Made by a program: the position numbers and the translations under genes | Part shown: positions 1 through 7,650 of the stretch, in pieces | Position numbering within the stretch: the first letter of the stretch is position 1 | How the letters are laid out: every line of letters starts with the position of its first letter | NCBI GenBank assembly: GCA_963749405.1 | Contig: CAVVMY010000015.1 | Location: 287 to 64,286, forward strand | Direction: 5' to 3' | Origin: Candidatus Altiarchaeales archaeon | GTDB taxonomy: Archaea > Altiarchaeota > Altiarchaeia > IMC4 > QMZM01 | Length of the DNA: 64,000 nt | The notes under the pieces: generated by a model | The model's input: the letters and a program-made list of their open reading frames with translations, nothing else | What the model was told of the DNA's origin: nothing | Database searches by the model: none

Positions 1-333
1 ACGGCTGTCTTTGAGGAATACGGCATCTGCGCGTATAGACTTTATCTCCATAAGCCTGCGCGCGGCAGGAGAAATCCAGGAAGTCTCCTTCTTCTCCCTC
101 ATGAAAAAGACATAATTGATAAGATAAGTATCCAGATTAAACATTATGAAGCCGACACCCAGAAGAACGACGACCATGACCAGGAGTATCTGAATAACAA
201 AATCCAGCTTGGCAAAGAAGAGAAGAAAGATCACCAATATAGCGGTTATCAGGGCATAAACTGACTGCTTAATGGTCAAAGGCCCAAACAGCCTTTCTTC
301 ATACCTGATATCCGAGGGAATCTTATAAGGCAT
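1..333 (-). CDS. PrgI/VirB3-like conjugation (T4SS-like) membrane protein, N-terminal part; ORF runs off the window start
   Basis: The minus-strand ATG at 333 is open to position 1: MPYKIPSDIRYEERLFGPLTIKQSVYALITAILVIFLLFF... This start motif (IP..D....R.FGPLT.KQ) followed by two hydrophobic helices is what I associate with PrgI-family proteins. It is absent from the ORF track because it is truncated. Confidence 0.45.
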   Translation of the reverse strand, partial: MPYKIPSDIRYEERLFGPLTIKQSVYALITAILVIFLLFFAKLDFVIQILLVMVVVLLGVGFIMFNLDTYLINYVFFMREKKETSWISPAARRLMEIKSIRADAVFLKDSR

Positions 334-508
334 CTTTATATTAAAAGATAATAATTAGAAATTAACACGAGCAGATATAAATATATCTGAAAATCCGATA
401 TAAAAAGAAGATAAGGAAAAGAAAAAGTAAAAATAGAAAAAACAAGAAAAAGAGGGGAGTAGAATAAAACCCCTAATATGATATTCCCATTATGCTGCTG
501 CAAAGCTG

Positions 509-931
509 CTACATAATGTGGTACATCCACTGATTAGCCATTTTGGGATCTACTGCATTTGACCCAAGTAGATTGCCTACCACTAGGGATACTATGAATA
601 CTGCCAGCATGATTATTATCAATCCAACGAATGCGCTGATTATGGTGGTTTTTGCAGCATTTCTCGCTCCCGGGTCTTCCGCAGAGGTAACCCATCTGAG
701 ACCGCCCATAAGGATGACTAAGGCTGCTATTGCCCCTGCTGTAAGGAATATCAAGTCAGCCAGGTTACATAGGACGCAGTTGATTCTGTTTGAAATTCCT
801 GCAGTTGTAGCTGACCCGTTAGTTCCGTTCGCAAACGCCATGCTAGCTGTGTTGATTAATATAATGGCCATTAAAAATAGCGCCGTACTCCTTTCCATAG
901 TCATAATTCTTTTTAAAAGTTTTTTATTCAT
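509..931 (-). CDS. TrbC/VirB2-like pilin-type small membrane protein
   Basis: 140 aa with a signal-like N-terminus (MERSTALFLMAIILINTASMAFA). Two hydrophobic helices are separated by a short charged loop (GGLRWVTSAEDPGARNAAK), which is the VirB2/TrbC architecture. It is on the same strand as the PrgI-like ORF, about 175 bp away. Confidence 0.45.
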   Translation of the reverse strand: MNKKLLKRIMTMERSTALFLMAIILINTASMAFANGTNGSATTAGISNRINCVLCNLADLIFLTAGAIAALVILMGGLRWVTSAEDPGARNAAKTTIISAFVGLIIIMLAVFIVSLVVGNLLGSNAVDPKMANQWMYHIM

Positions 932-1184
932 ATTTTATTCACCTCATATTAGAAATTTTTATATATAATACATACTAATAAATACACTTGTATATGTGAT
1001 AATAATTAAATATAGGCATATTATCTATAAATACTTATCGTTTGCCATCTCCCCCCGGACATAGACATTAAAAGCGAAGTTTTTATATTCAAGCATACAT
1101 TATTAATTACAGAACAAAATGACGATATGAAAACACCTCGCGAATAGTTACATTGTTGCATATGTAGCTTTTCGGAGGTGCGTT

Positions 1185-2216
1185 ATGTATGTTGGAGCGG
1201 ATACACATAAGGTAAGGTGTAATGGGACGTTGATTGATGAATCGGGTGTTAGGGAGGTTTTTTTCCCTAACACGCAGACGGGTTTTAAGATGCTGGAAGA
1301 GAAGTTGACTTTGGGCAGTAAGGTGGTCGTAGAGGCTTGTCCTTACTCGCTGCCTTTGTATGATTACTTGAAAGAAAAAGGCTTTGGAGTGGTCGCAGCC
1401 CATCCTCTGAGGGTTAAGGCTATTGCTTCGGCCAGGATAAAGACGGATAAGATTGATTCACGGATTCTGGCCGAGCTTTTGAAGGCGGATTTGATTCCCC
1501 AAGCTTATATCCCGGACAAGGAGATAAGAGACCTAAGGTCTCTTGTATCCCATCGCGTGTCCCTGGTGCATCAGAGAACCGCGCTCAAGAACCGGATACA
1601 CGCAGTCCTGGTAAAAGAAGGAATAACAAACGAATACAGCGACCTCTTCGGCAAGAAAGGAAGAGAGACGCTATCCTCTATGGAACTCCGGGAAGGCAGC
1701 CGCCTGATAGTGGACCAGGACCTGGAACTCATAGACGAATTGAACCACAGAATCAAGAAGGTTGATGAGGAGATGGAGAGCAGGACCCGGAATTATCCGG
1801 AGATACAGCTATTGAAAACCATGCCGGGCATAGGGATCACTTACGCGATTATATTGTTAAGTGAGATAGGGGATATAAAGAGATTCCCTACGCCAGGGAA
1901 GCTGTGCTCTTATGCTGGACTGGTGCCTTCGACGTATCAGTCGGGGAATACGGCCCGGCACGGAAGAGTAATACCCGGTAGGCGCCTTATGAAGTATGCG
2001 ATGGTGCAGGCCGCCAAAAAGGCGGTGAAGGTGCCTGGGAAACCCCGGGATTTATACCTCCGACTGGAAAAGAAAGGAAAAAACAAGGCAATAGTTGCGG
2101 TTGCAAGAGAGCTGACGGTATCGGTTTATTGGATGCTCACAAGAGGAACGCAATATCAATCTTACGCAAGAACAAAAAGGGAAGAGCAAGAGCCTCGAAC
2201 TTTTTCTGACCCGTGA
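1185..2216 (+). CDS. IS110-family transposase (DEDD N-terminal domain plus Transposase_20 C-terminal domain)
   Basis: 343 aa. The N-terminus reads YVGADTHK...VVVEACPYS...KTDKIDSRILAEL. The C-terminus reads MPGIGITYAIILLSEIGDIKRFPTPGKLCSYAGLVPSTYQSGN, typical of IS110/IS1111 recombinases. GGAGGTG lies upstream of the ATG. Confidence 0.85.
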   Translation: MYVGADTHKVRCNGTLIDESGVREVFFPNTQTGFKMLEEKLTLGSKVVVEACPYSLPLYDYLKEKGFGVVAAHPLRVKAIASARIKTDKIDSRILAELLKADLIPQAYIPDKEIRDLRSLVSHRVSLVHQRTALKNRIHAVLVKEGITNEYSDLFGKKGRETLSSMELREGSRLIVDQDLELIDELNHRIKKVDEEMESRTRNYPEIQLLKTMPGIGITYAIILLSEIGDIKRFPTPGKLCSYAGLVPSTYQSGNTARHGRVIPGRRLMKYAMVQAAKKAVKVPGKPRDLYLRLEKKGKNKAIVAVARELTVSVYWMLTRGTQYQSYARTKREEQEPRTFSDP

Positions 2217-2613
2217 TTTAGAGGTCGCGAAAATGACTGAGGTTATGTAACCCTTAAAACAAACGAATAACACGTAATGCGCCAAGAAATTCCTGAAAAG
2301 AAAAGAGCGCGGATAGATGAATGGTTAATAAGCCACAGAAAAGAGGCAGAGAGGAGAATAAAAACAATGAATCATAATAAAATAAAAAAGGTGTTTTCAT
2401 AGATGAACATAAAACTAAAGGATGACATCTCAAAAAAGGACATTATGACTTTCGGGCTCATAGTGTTGTTTCTTATAGTCTGGACACTCCTGACCTTTTT
2501 TGTGTTTCTTAAGTAAACGGCTTTTTTTTTGGGATTTGATGAAGAGCCAAGACTGTTTTTTTTCATCTCAAGAATTCTGAATTATTAGTTTTACAGGATA
2601 AATAGCTTATGCT

Positions 2614-5055
2614 ATGTTGGAAATGAAAATCGGAAAAATCTCTCTTGTGTCTCTATGCATAATCGAGCTTTTGACTCTGGTCGGCCTGGTCGTCCCCTTC
2701 GTCTTACAGCATAATCTCTATTCTGGAGACATGCCGGGCCACTATTTTGCAGCCTGGTACGAGCAGAATTTCCTATTCCCCCGCCCCTTCGGATGGAACC
2801 CTTTTTTCTTTGCTGGCTACCCGCAAAACCAGTTCTATCCGCCGCTATTCCACTACCTTTCAGCTATTATGGGTTTATTTTTCGGAACTGCGCTCGGATT
2901 CAAACTGCTCATTTCCGCATCTATACTTCTGGCGCCGGTCTCTTTCCAGTACTTCGCGGCGAAATTCGGTTTCAATGATGCGAATTGCGCACTGGTGGTC
3001 TTTTTTATGTGGCTCCTGCTGTTCATCCCTGACGGGCTGCTGGGCGCGAATTATGCTTCGACGTTCAACACCGGCGTTGTTGTGCATATGTTTGCATTGC
3101 CTTTGCTCTTCTTCTATTTTGGGAAAGCCAATGAATCGCTCAAGACCGGAAAATACGTCGCTATAAGCGTCCTATTATCCGTGATAATCCTCAGCCACGT
3201 ATTCATTGGGATCATTTCCGTTATCGTGTTCCTCTCATTTTTAATCGCCCACAACAAAAAGAACGACTTATTTCTCATGTTCAAGCATGGCGCCCTGTCT
3301 TTTCTTCTGATATCCTTCTGGGCAGTTCCCCTGTTATCCAAGATAGGGTATTCCTCTTCTTCGCCTTCACCTGGTTTCAGCCTTCTTATTTTTGTGGTGC
3401 TGCTCTCATGTGCAGTCTTTCTTGTTCTGCGCTATCTGCTGACAGAGACTCCGGGGGAGAGAAAGCCGATACTTTATGCATACTGCATACTTGTGGCATT
3501 GGTTTCCATCGGATACTATCTGCAAACTCATTTCCCGGAAATTGGGTATGCCGCCTATTTTACCCGCCTTCTAATGCCCATAGTCTTGCTCATGCCTGCT
3601 CTGGCAGTAACTGTCTTCCTCAGCCGTCCCAGCCTTCTAAAAGTTTTATTGTCGATACCTCCAATTTTCTGTCTGTCGATTTTACTCACCTTATCATTTC
3701 TTCCAATATTTTACTCTGTTTTTCACATAGACCTCCTGGAGGACTACGCCATAAAGCCGGAAGGGATAAAAAACATGCAGCTGGACTTCGAAAAGCTTGA
3801 CGGCAGGATACTGGACATATCCTACATCGACAAGGTATCAGGGGTGTACTACGTCAACATGATGGTGCCGATGAATACCGGCAACCAGATGATGCAGGGG
3901 CTCTTCGTGGAATCATCAAAGCAGGCCAGGTATGTCTATCAGACAATCCTCGAACTAAACCCGCATACCATGTTCATGAATGTATACCCACTTAATGAAA
4001 CCTCTCCTGAAAACCATGCCAAGTTGCTTCCCTATCAGTTAAGAACATTCAACATAAACTACCTCATAACCAGTGAGGGCATCAATCGTTCGAACATGAT
4101 CACAGACCCGCAGGGGATACATGTCTATAATTATTCCAGAAACTATTATGGGGATGGGGCAACTTTGGGGGACTATGTTTTCGGCATTAAGGAGAAATCT
4201 ATGTGGGATGTGTTTCGGCTGCTGAACTCGACAGATAATTCTTCCAGCATAGTTGCATTGTATTCTCAAGAAGACGGGAATGGGGCCTTGGAGGAGATGA
4301 ATGCGTCATCTAATAGTACGGGCGTGAACTTTTATCTGGGCAATGAGACTGCGACTGTGTACTTGTCTTCTAATTTCCGGAACTGGGAGGCATCCGTAAA
4401 CGGAAAGCTGACACTGTTCTATCCCTCTTATTCTGCCGCTTATCCCCCCATTATGTATTTTAAAGGGAACGGCACCGTGGAATTGCGTTATACCGGCAAT
4501 CCTTTTGATTCCCTGAATGCTACGTTCCTGCATGACGTCCCTGTAGGGTTCCGGAACGAAACTTTTTCATTGTATAAGGTCGGGGATTCAAAGTTGGCGG
4601 AGGTCCTGGACTATGCGCCGTCGGCAGTCTGCAAGAACTGGGACGATGCTACCTGGGACTGGTTTAATTCGGAAAACATTTCAAAGGTGATTGTGCAATC
4701 CTGTGAGCCTTTGCCGTCTTATGCTGGTTTTGGCGATGAGAAACTGGACATAGTCGAGGTCTCAAGGACCGGTGAATACATGAAGTTCATCGTACATTCT
4801 GATAAGCCCGTGCCAGTGTACGTCAAGGTAAGCGACTATCCCAACTGGCGGGCTTATGTGAACGGCGTTCCTGCAAAGATATACCTGGCATCGCCTTACA
4901 TGATGCTCGTCTATGGAAATGGCACGATAGAATTCAGATACGAGCCGGTCTTGTCCGAATACGCGGGAGGAATTATGAGCTGCTTGGGCATCCTATGGGT
5001 TATTCTTTCGTATGTCACGCTCCGAAAAAAGAAAAAATCAAATACTCCGGCCTGA
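2614..5055 (+). CDS. large polytopic membrane protein with C-terminal extracytoplasmic domain and terminal TM; GT-C/YfhO-like putative glycosyltransferase
   Basis: 813 aa. About 12 or more hydrophobic segments fill the first ~370 aa. A soluble sequon-rich (N-x-S/T) domain and a final TM helix with a KKKK tail follow. The family assignment rests on architecture only. Confidence 0.4.
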   Translation: MLEMKIGKISLVSLCIIELLTLVGLVVPFVLQHNLYSGDMPGHYFAAWYEQNFLFPRPFGWNPFFFAGYPQNQFYPPLFHYLSAIMGLFFGTALGFKLLISASILLAPVSFQYFAAKFGFNDANCALVVFFMWLLLFIPDGLLGANYASTFNTGVVVHMFALPLLFFYFGKANESLKTGKYVAISVLLSVIILSHVFIGIISVIVFLSFLIAHNKKNDLFLMFKHGALSFLLISFWAVPLLSKIGYSSSSPSPGFSLLIFVVLLSCAVFLVLRYLLTETPGERKPILYAYCILVALVSIGYYLQTHFPEIGYAAYFTRLLMPIVLLMPALAVTVFLSRPSLLKVLLSIPPIFCLSILLTLSFLPIFYSVFHIDLLEDYAIKPEGIKNMQLDFEKLDGRILDISYIDKVSGVYYVNMMVPMNTGNQMMQGLFVESSKQARYVYQTILELNPHTMFMNVYPLNETSPENHAKLLPYQLRTFNINYLITSEGINRSNMITDPQGIHVYNYSRNYYGDGATLGDYVFGIKEKSMWDVFRLLNSTDNSSSIVALYSQEDGNGALEEMNASSNSTGVNFYLGNETATVYLSSNFRNWEASVNGKLTLFYPSYSAAYPPIMYFKGNGTVELRYTGNPFDSLNATFLHDVPVGFRNETFSLYKVGDSKLAEVLDYAPSAVCKNWDDATWDWFNSENISKVIVQSCEPLPSYAGFGDEKLDIVEVSRTGEYMKFIVHSDKPVPVYVKVSDYPNWRAYVNGVPAKIYLASPYMMLVYGNGTIEFRYEPVLSEYAGGIMSCLGILWVILSYVTLRKKKKSNTPA

Positions 5056-5273
5056 AGGCCGGAGTATGTGCCCAAAGGGCATCCCGTAGGCATATATGCC
5101 CGTAGGTGCATCCAAAGATGCATGTGCCTGGCTGGCATGCATCCTCTTTGGATGCACTTTAGGCACATGCACCCTGCTGGGTGCAAAACCGGCATGATGC
5201 GGCATTCTGTGCCCGTGGGCACATGCCGCTCACGGCATCTGCGGCCTTAAAGGCCGCAGTATTCTGCCGGTTT
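5042..5273. repeat. dense array of about 10 short GC-rich stem-loops between two convergent genes
   Basis: Stems were read directly:
- 5042-5067, ATACTCCGGCC/tgaa/GGCCGGAGTAT
- 5069-5081
- 5089-5100
- 5107-5122, TGCATC/caaa/GATGCA
- 5125-5137
- 5138-5156
- 5168-5185, TGCACCC/tgct/GGGTGCA
- 5209-5222
- 5223-5238, ATGCCG/ctca/CGGCAT
- 5239-5259, CTGCGGCC/ttaaa/GGCCGCAG

There is also a long-range pair, AAACCGGCA 5186-5194 with TGCCGGTTT 5265-5273. Confidence 0.8.
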
Positions 5274-5292
5274 GTAATAGAAAGATGCGGCT

Positions 5293-7194
5293 TCATCCGG
5301 TTGTGTACTCGATCAGGGGATTTTTTACGATGAGCAGACCTGATGAGTCCGCTCTGAATCGTATATCAACCCTGCAGTTGTCCGCCAATGGGGTGCATCC
5401 CCGGCATGAGCAGTCCTTTAACACCTGGTTTAACTGGTCTGATAGTTTTGGTTGGGTGTTCTCATCCGAGATATTGATGTCTCCACCCAATGCAGGGTTC
5501 GTGTATTCGTTTATCTGCTCTGTTCCAAGGTCCATCTCAAAGTTCTTTAGGGCGGTTTCGTAGTCTACTCCCCAGCTGTAAACCAGAGGCGTTCTTGAAA
5601 ACGTTACGGTGATTAATTCGCCTCGTATCCTTATAGAATCCGCATTCTGCGCGCAATCAGTTAAATTATATCCTCCAAGAGGATCCATCTCAGTTATTTC
5701 GCATAGTACTTTATCATCAAGAGAATTTATGATACTGTATTTTATATCACTGCCCCCGGGGGTTGACACGTTGGAATAGAAACGCAGCCATCTCTCCAGG
5801 TTGTCAGGTTTGATATCTACGGACGTCATGTTGGCATCTATTAGGTCGTTCGTAGTCATCTCCTGTTCCTGTTCCTTTATCGTGCCATCGTCCCCGTTTT
5901 GTCCGTTCTTTGAAGGATCGCTGCTTTTACCGGCCTTTCCGCCGTCCGCGGATGTTGTTCCATAACCGCTTTTCGTTTCATATACCAGCAGTATTCTGCC
6001 GCCTCCGCCTCCGCCTCCGCTGCCGTCGCTGCCTGATCCTCCGCTTTGCCGGTCGTTCCCTCCATCTCCTCCGTTAGCGGTTATTTCGCCGTTTATTATG
6101 AGATTTTTTGCAGTTATTATTATGCTTCCTCCACTTCCGCCCCCGCCTCCGCCGGTGCCGTCGGTAGGCGGCGAGTCTTTCCCAGAGTCCCCGTTTGCGG
6201 AAATTGTCCCATCCACCAAGACTCTTTTAGCCTCTATCCTTAAGGCACCCCCTCCATCGCCGCCGGTACCCAGCACACCGCGAGGAGCTGAATCCTTAAG
6301 GCCTCCGCCCCTGCCTCCAGGCATCCCTATAAGAGTTGGATTATCCTCTATCCCATAAGGGTCTCCGCTTCCTCCGCCTTTCATGCTGCCATCATCTCCG
6401 CCTCTTCCGCCTCTTCCTCCGTATCCTCCTCCTCCTCCTCCCGAGCCTTCTAAGGTGGCGCCGCTCCCGCTGTCCAGTAAATAATGGCTGTAATCTTCGT
6501 TCAATGTGTCAGGTTTCCCGTCTACGCTTATTTCCCCGCCGGCATCCACAGTCAATATGTCCCTTACTTCAAGGTCCAGCATTTTACTATCCCCTACAAG
6601 GAGCCTCCCTCCCTTGCTTACATGCACTTCATCGAATACCTGTGTCCCATCAAGGAAAACCGTGTCATTTACCTCGAGATTTCTCATGTTTATAAACGCG
6701 TAACCATCTATTGGATTAACGTCTATGCCTTCATGAGACGCCATAAGGCTTAGATTGTCAAAGTCGTCAAACCAGGTGGCATCGACCGGATGCTCTACTT
6801 CGATCTGGGCCTTAGTCACTTTGGCGTTGTACGGTATATCCAGGCTGACATCGGAGTTGAATCCGCCGTCTATGAGGAACGTTATGTTCTCCTGAGTCAT
6901 CCCATCAGAAAATTCTTTTATCGTGTGCGCTGTAGTAGACGATATGATGAGCCCGCCGGTTTCGCAGTTAATGGGGATGACTCCCCCGCTTACCAAGAAA
7001 TCCCAGAAGGGCATGGATAAAACACATAATATGAGAACTATCAGAGGATATTTTATTTTACGTCCTATACTATCTTTTTCCAGGAAATCCTTTTCTATCT
7101 GCCATTTTATTATAAAGAAAGCAGTAATCAGCAGTGAAAGAACTGCCGGAGGAATCCAGAGGAATCTGATGATAGTACAAATTAAATTCTCCAT
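5293..7194 (-). CDS. membrane-anchored Gly-rich repeat protein (beta-helix-like surface protein), function unknown
   Basis: 633 aa with N-terminal TM helices. The central region carries runs such as GSGGGGGGYGGRGGRGGDDGS, TGGDGGGALRIEA, GGGGGGSGGSIIITAKNLIINGEITANGGDGGND and GGGGGGGRILLVYE, which resemble repetitive beta-solenoid coils. Confidence 0.5.
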   Translation of the reverse strand: MENLICTIIRFLWIPPAVLSLLITAFFIIKWQIEKDFLEKDSIGRKIKYPLIVLILCVLSMPFWDFLVSGGVIPINCETGGLIISSTTAHTIKEFSDGMTQENITFLIDGGFNSDVSLDIPYNAKVTKAQIEVEHPVDATWFDDFDNLSLMASHEGIDVNPIDGYAFINMRNLEVNDTVFLDGTQVFDEVHVSKGGRLLVGDSKMLDLEVRDILTVDAGGEISVDGKPDTLNEDYSHYLLDSGSGATLEGSGGGGGGYGGRGGRGGDDGSMKGGGSGDPYGIEDNPTLIGMPGGRGGGLKDSAPRGVLGTGGDGGGALRIEAKRVLVDGTISANGDSGKDSPPTDGTGGGGGGSGGSIIITAKNLIINGEITANGGDGGNDRQSGGSGSDGSGGGGGGGRILLVYETKSGYGTTSADGGKAGKSSDPSKNGQNGDDGTIKEQEQEMTTNDLIDANMTSVDIKPDNLERWLRFYSNVSTPGGSDIKYSIINSLDDKVLCEITEMDPLGGYNLTDCAQNADSIRIRGELITVTFSRTPLVYSWGVDYETALKNFEMDLGTEQINEYTNPALGGDINISDENTQPKLSDQLNQVLKDCSCRGCTPLADNCRVDIRFRADSSGLLIVKNPLIEYTTG

Positions 7195-7234
7195 AATTAC
7201 TATTGTATCTTAGCAAGATAAGAATTTACTAAAC

Positions 7235-7554
7235 CCGGACGTTATCTACTCCTACCCAGGGCGGATGATGACATAAGGGACTATAAGGTGCTTGGAATAC
7301 AACTTTACTCGGAAAACCAAGACACATTAGTCTACAAGCTCGGACAAGTAGAAGCTCAAAAGGCTATGAACGGCTACAATCTGCCCATAGACGAGATGAA
7401 CACGGATCAAGGGACTCAGTTCTATGACTCTGGTCATGCCGGGAGGCACAATAGCAAAGGGGACGAGCTTGGCCGATTCGAGGAGTACTTACAAGACGAG
7501 GACATAAGATATGTTCCCACACAAACGAAAAAAATAACCAGACCCAACATGTAA
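7235..7554 (+). pseudogene. fragment of a DDE (rve integrase-core) transposase
   Basis: Translation ...ADDDIRDYKVLGIQLY...NLPIDEMNTDQGTQFYD...DIRYVPTQT matches the second Asp region (TD.G.QF) and the P-Q-T(NGK) region of rve cores. There is no N-terminal domain, and the match ends at 7525. Confidence 0.5.
7523..7549. repeat. 27-bp direct repeat, copy 1 (AAACGAAAAAAATAACCAGACCCAACA)
   Basis: It is an exact match to 9889-9915. It starts where the transposase-fragment homology stops. Confidence 0.85.
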
Positions 7555-7650
7555 TCTTTTATTAGATCAATTGATATTTATAAGTCAATCTATATTATAA
7601 TATGAATAAGTGCCGGTGTGCTGAGATAATTCTGTCATGGTGAATTTGAA

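Noticed and set aside
5068-5250. 60-aa ORF rich in His, Met and Cys (MPKGHPVGIYARRCIQRCMCLAGMHPLWMHFRHMHPAGC...), superficially like a metal-binding peptide. A similar ORF lies on the opposite strand (4911..5222).
   Set aside because: The composition is a by-product of translating GCAT/GGCA/GTGC palindromes, and both strands give the same kind of peptide. There is no ribosome-binding site. The region is better explained at the nucleic-acid level by the hairpin array.
6046-6753. Several plus-strand ORFs, including a Pro-rich one (PPLPPPPPPVPSVGG...)
   Set aside because: They are the mirror image of the GGN-rich codons of the Gly-rich gene on the minus strand. They have no independent start context.
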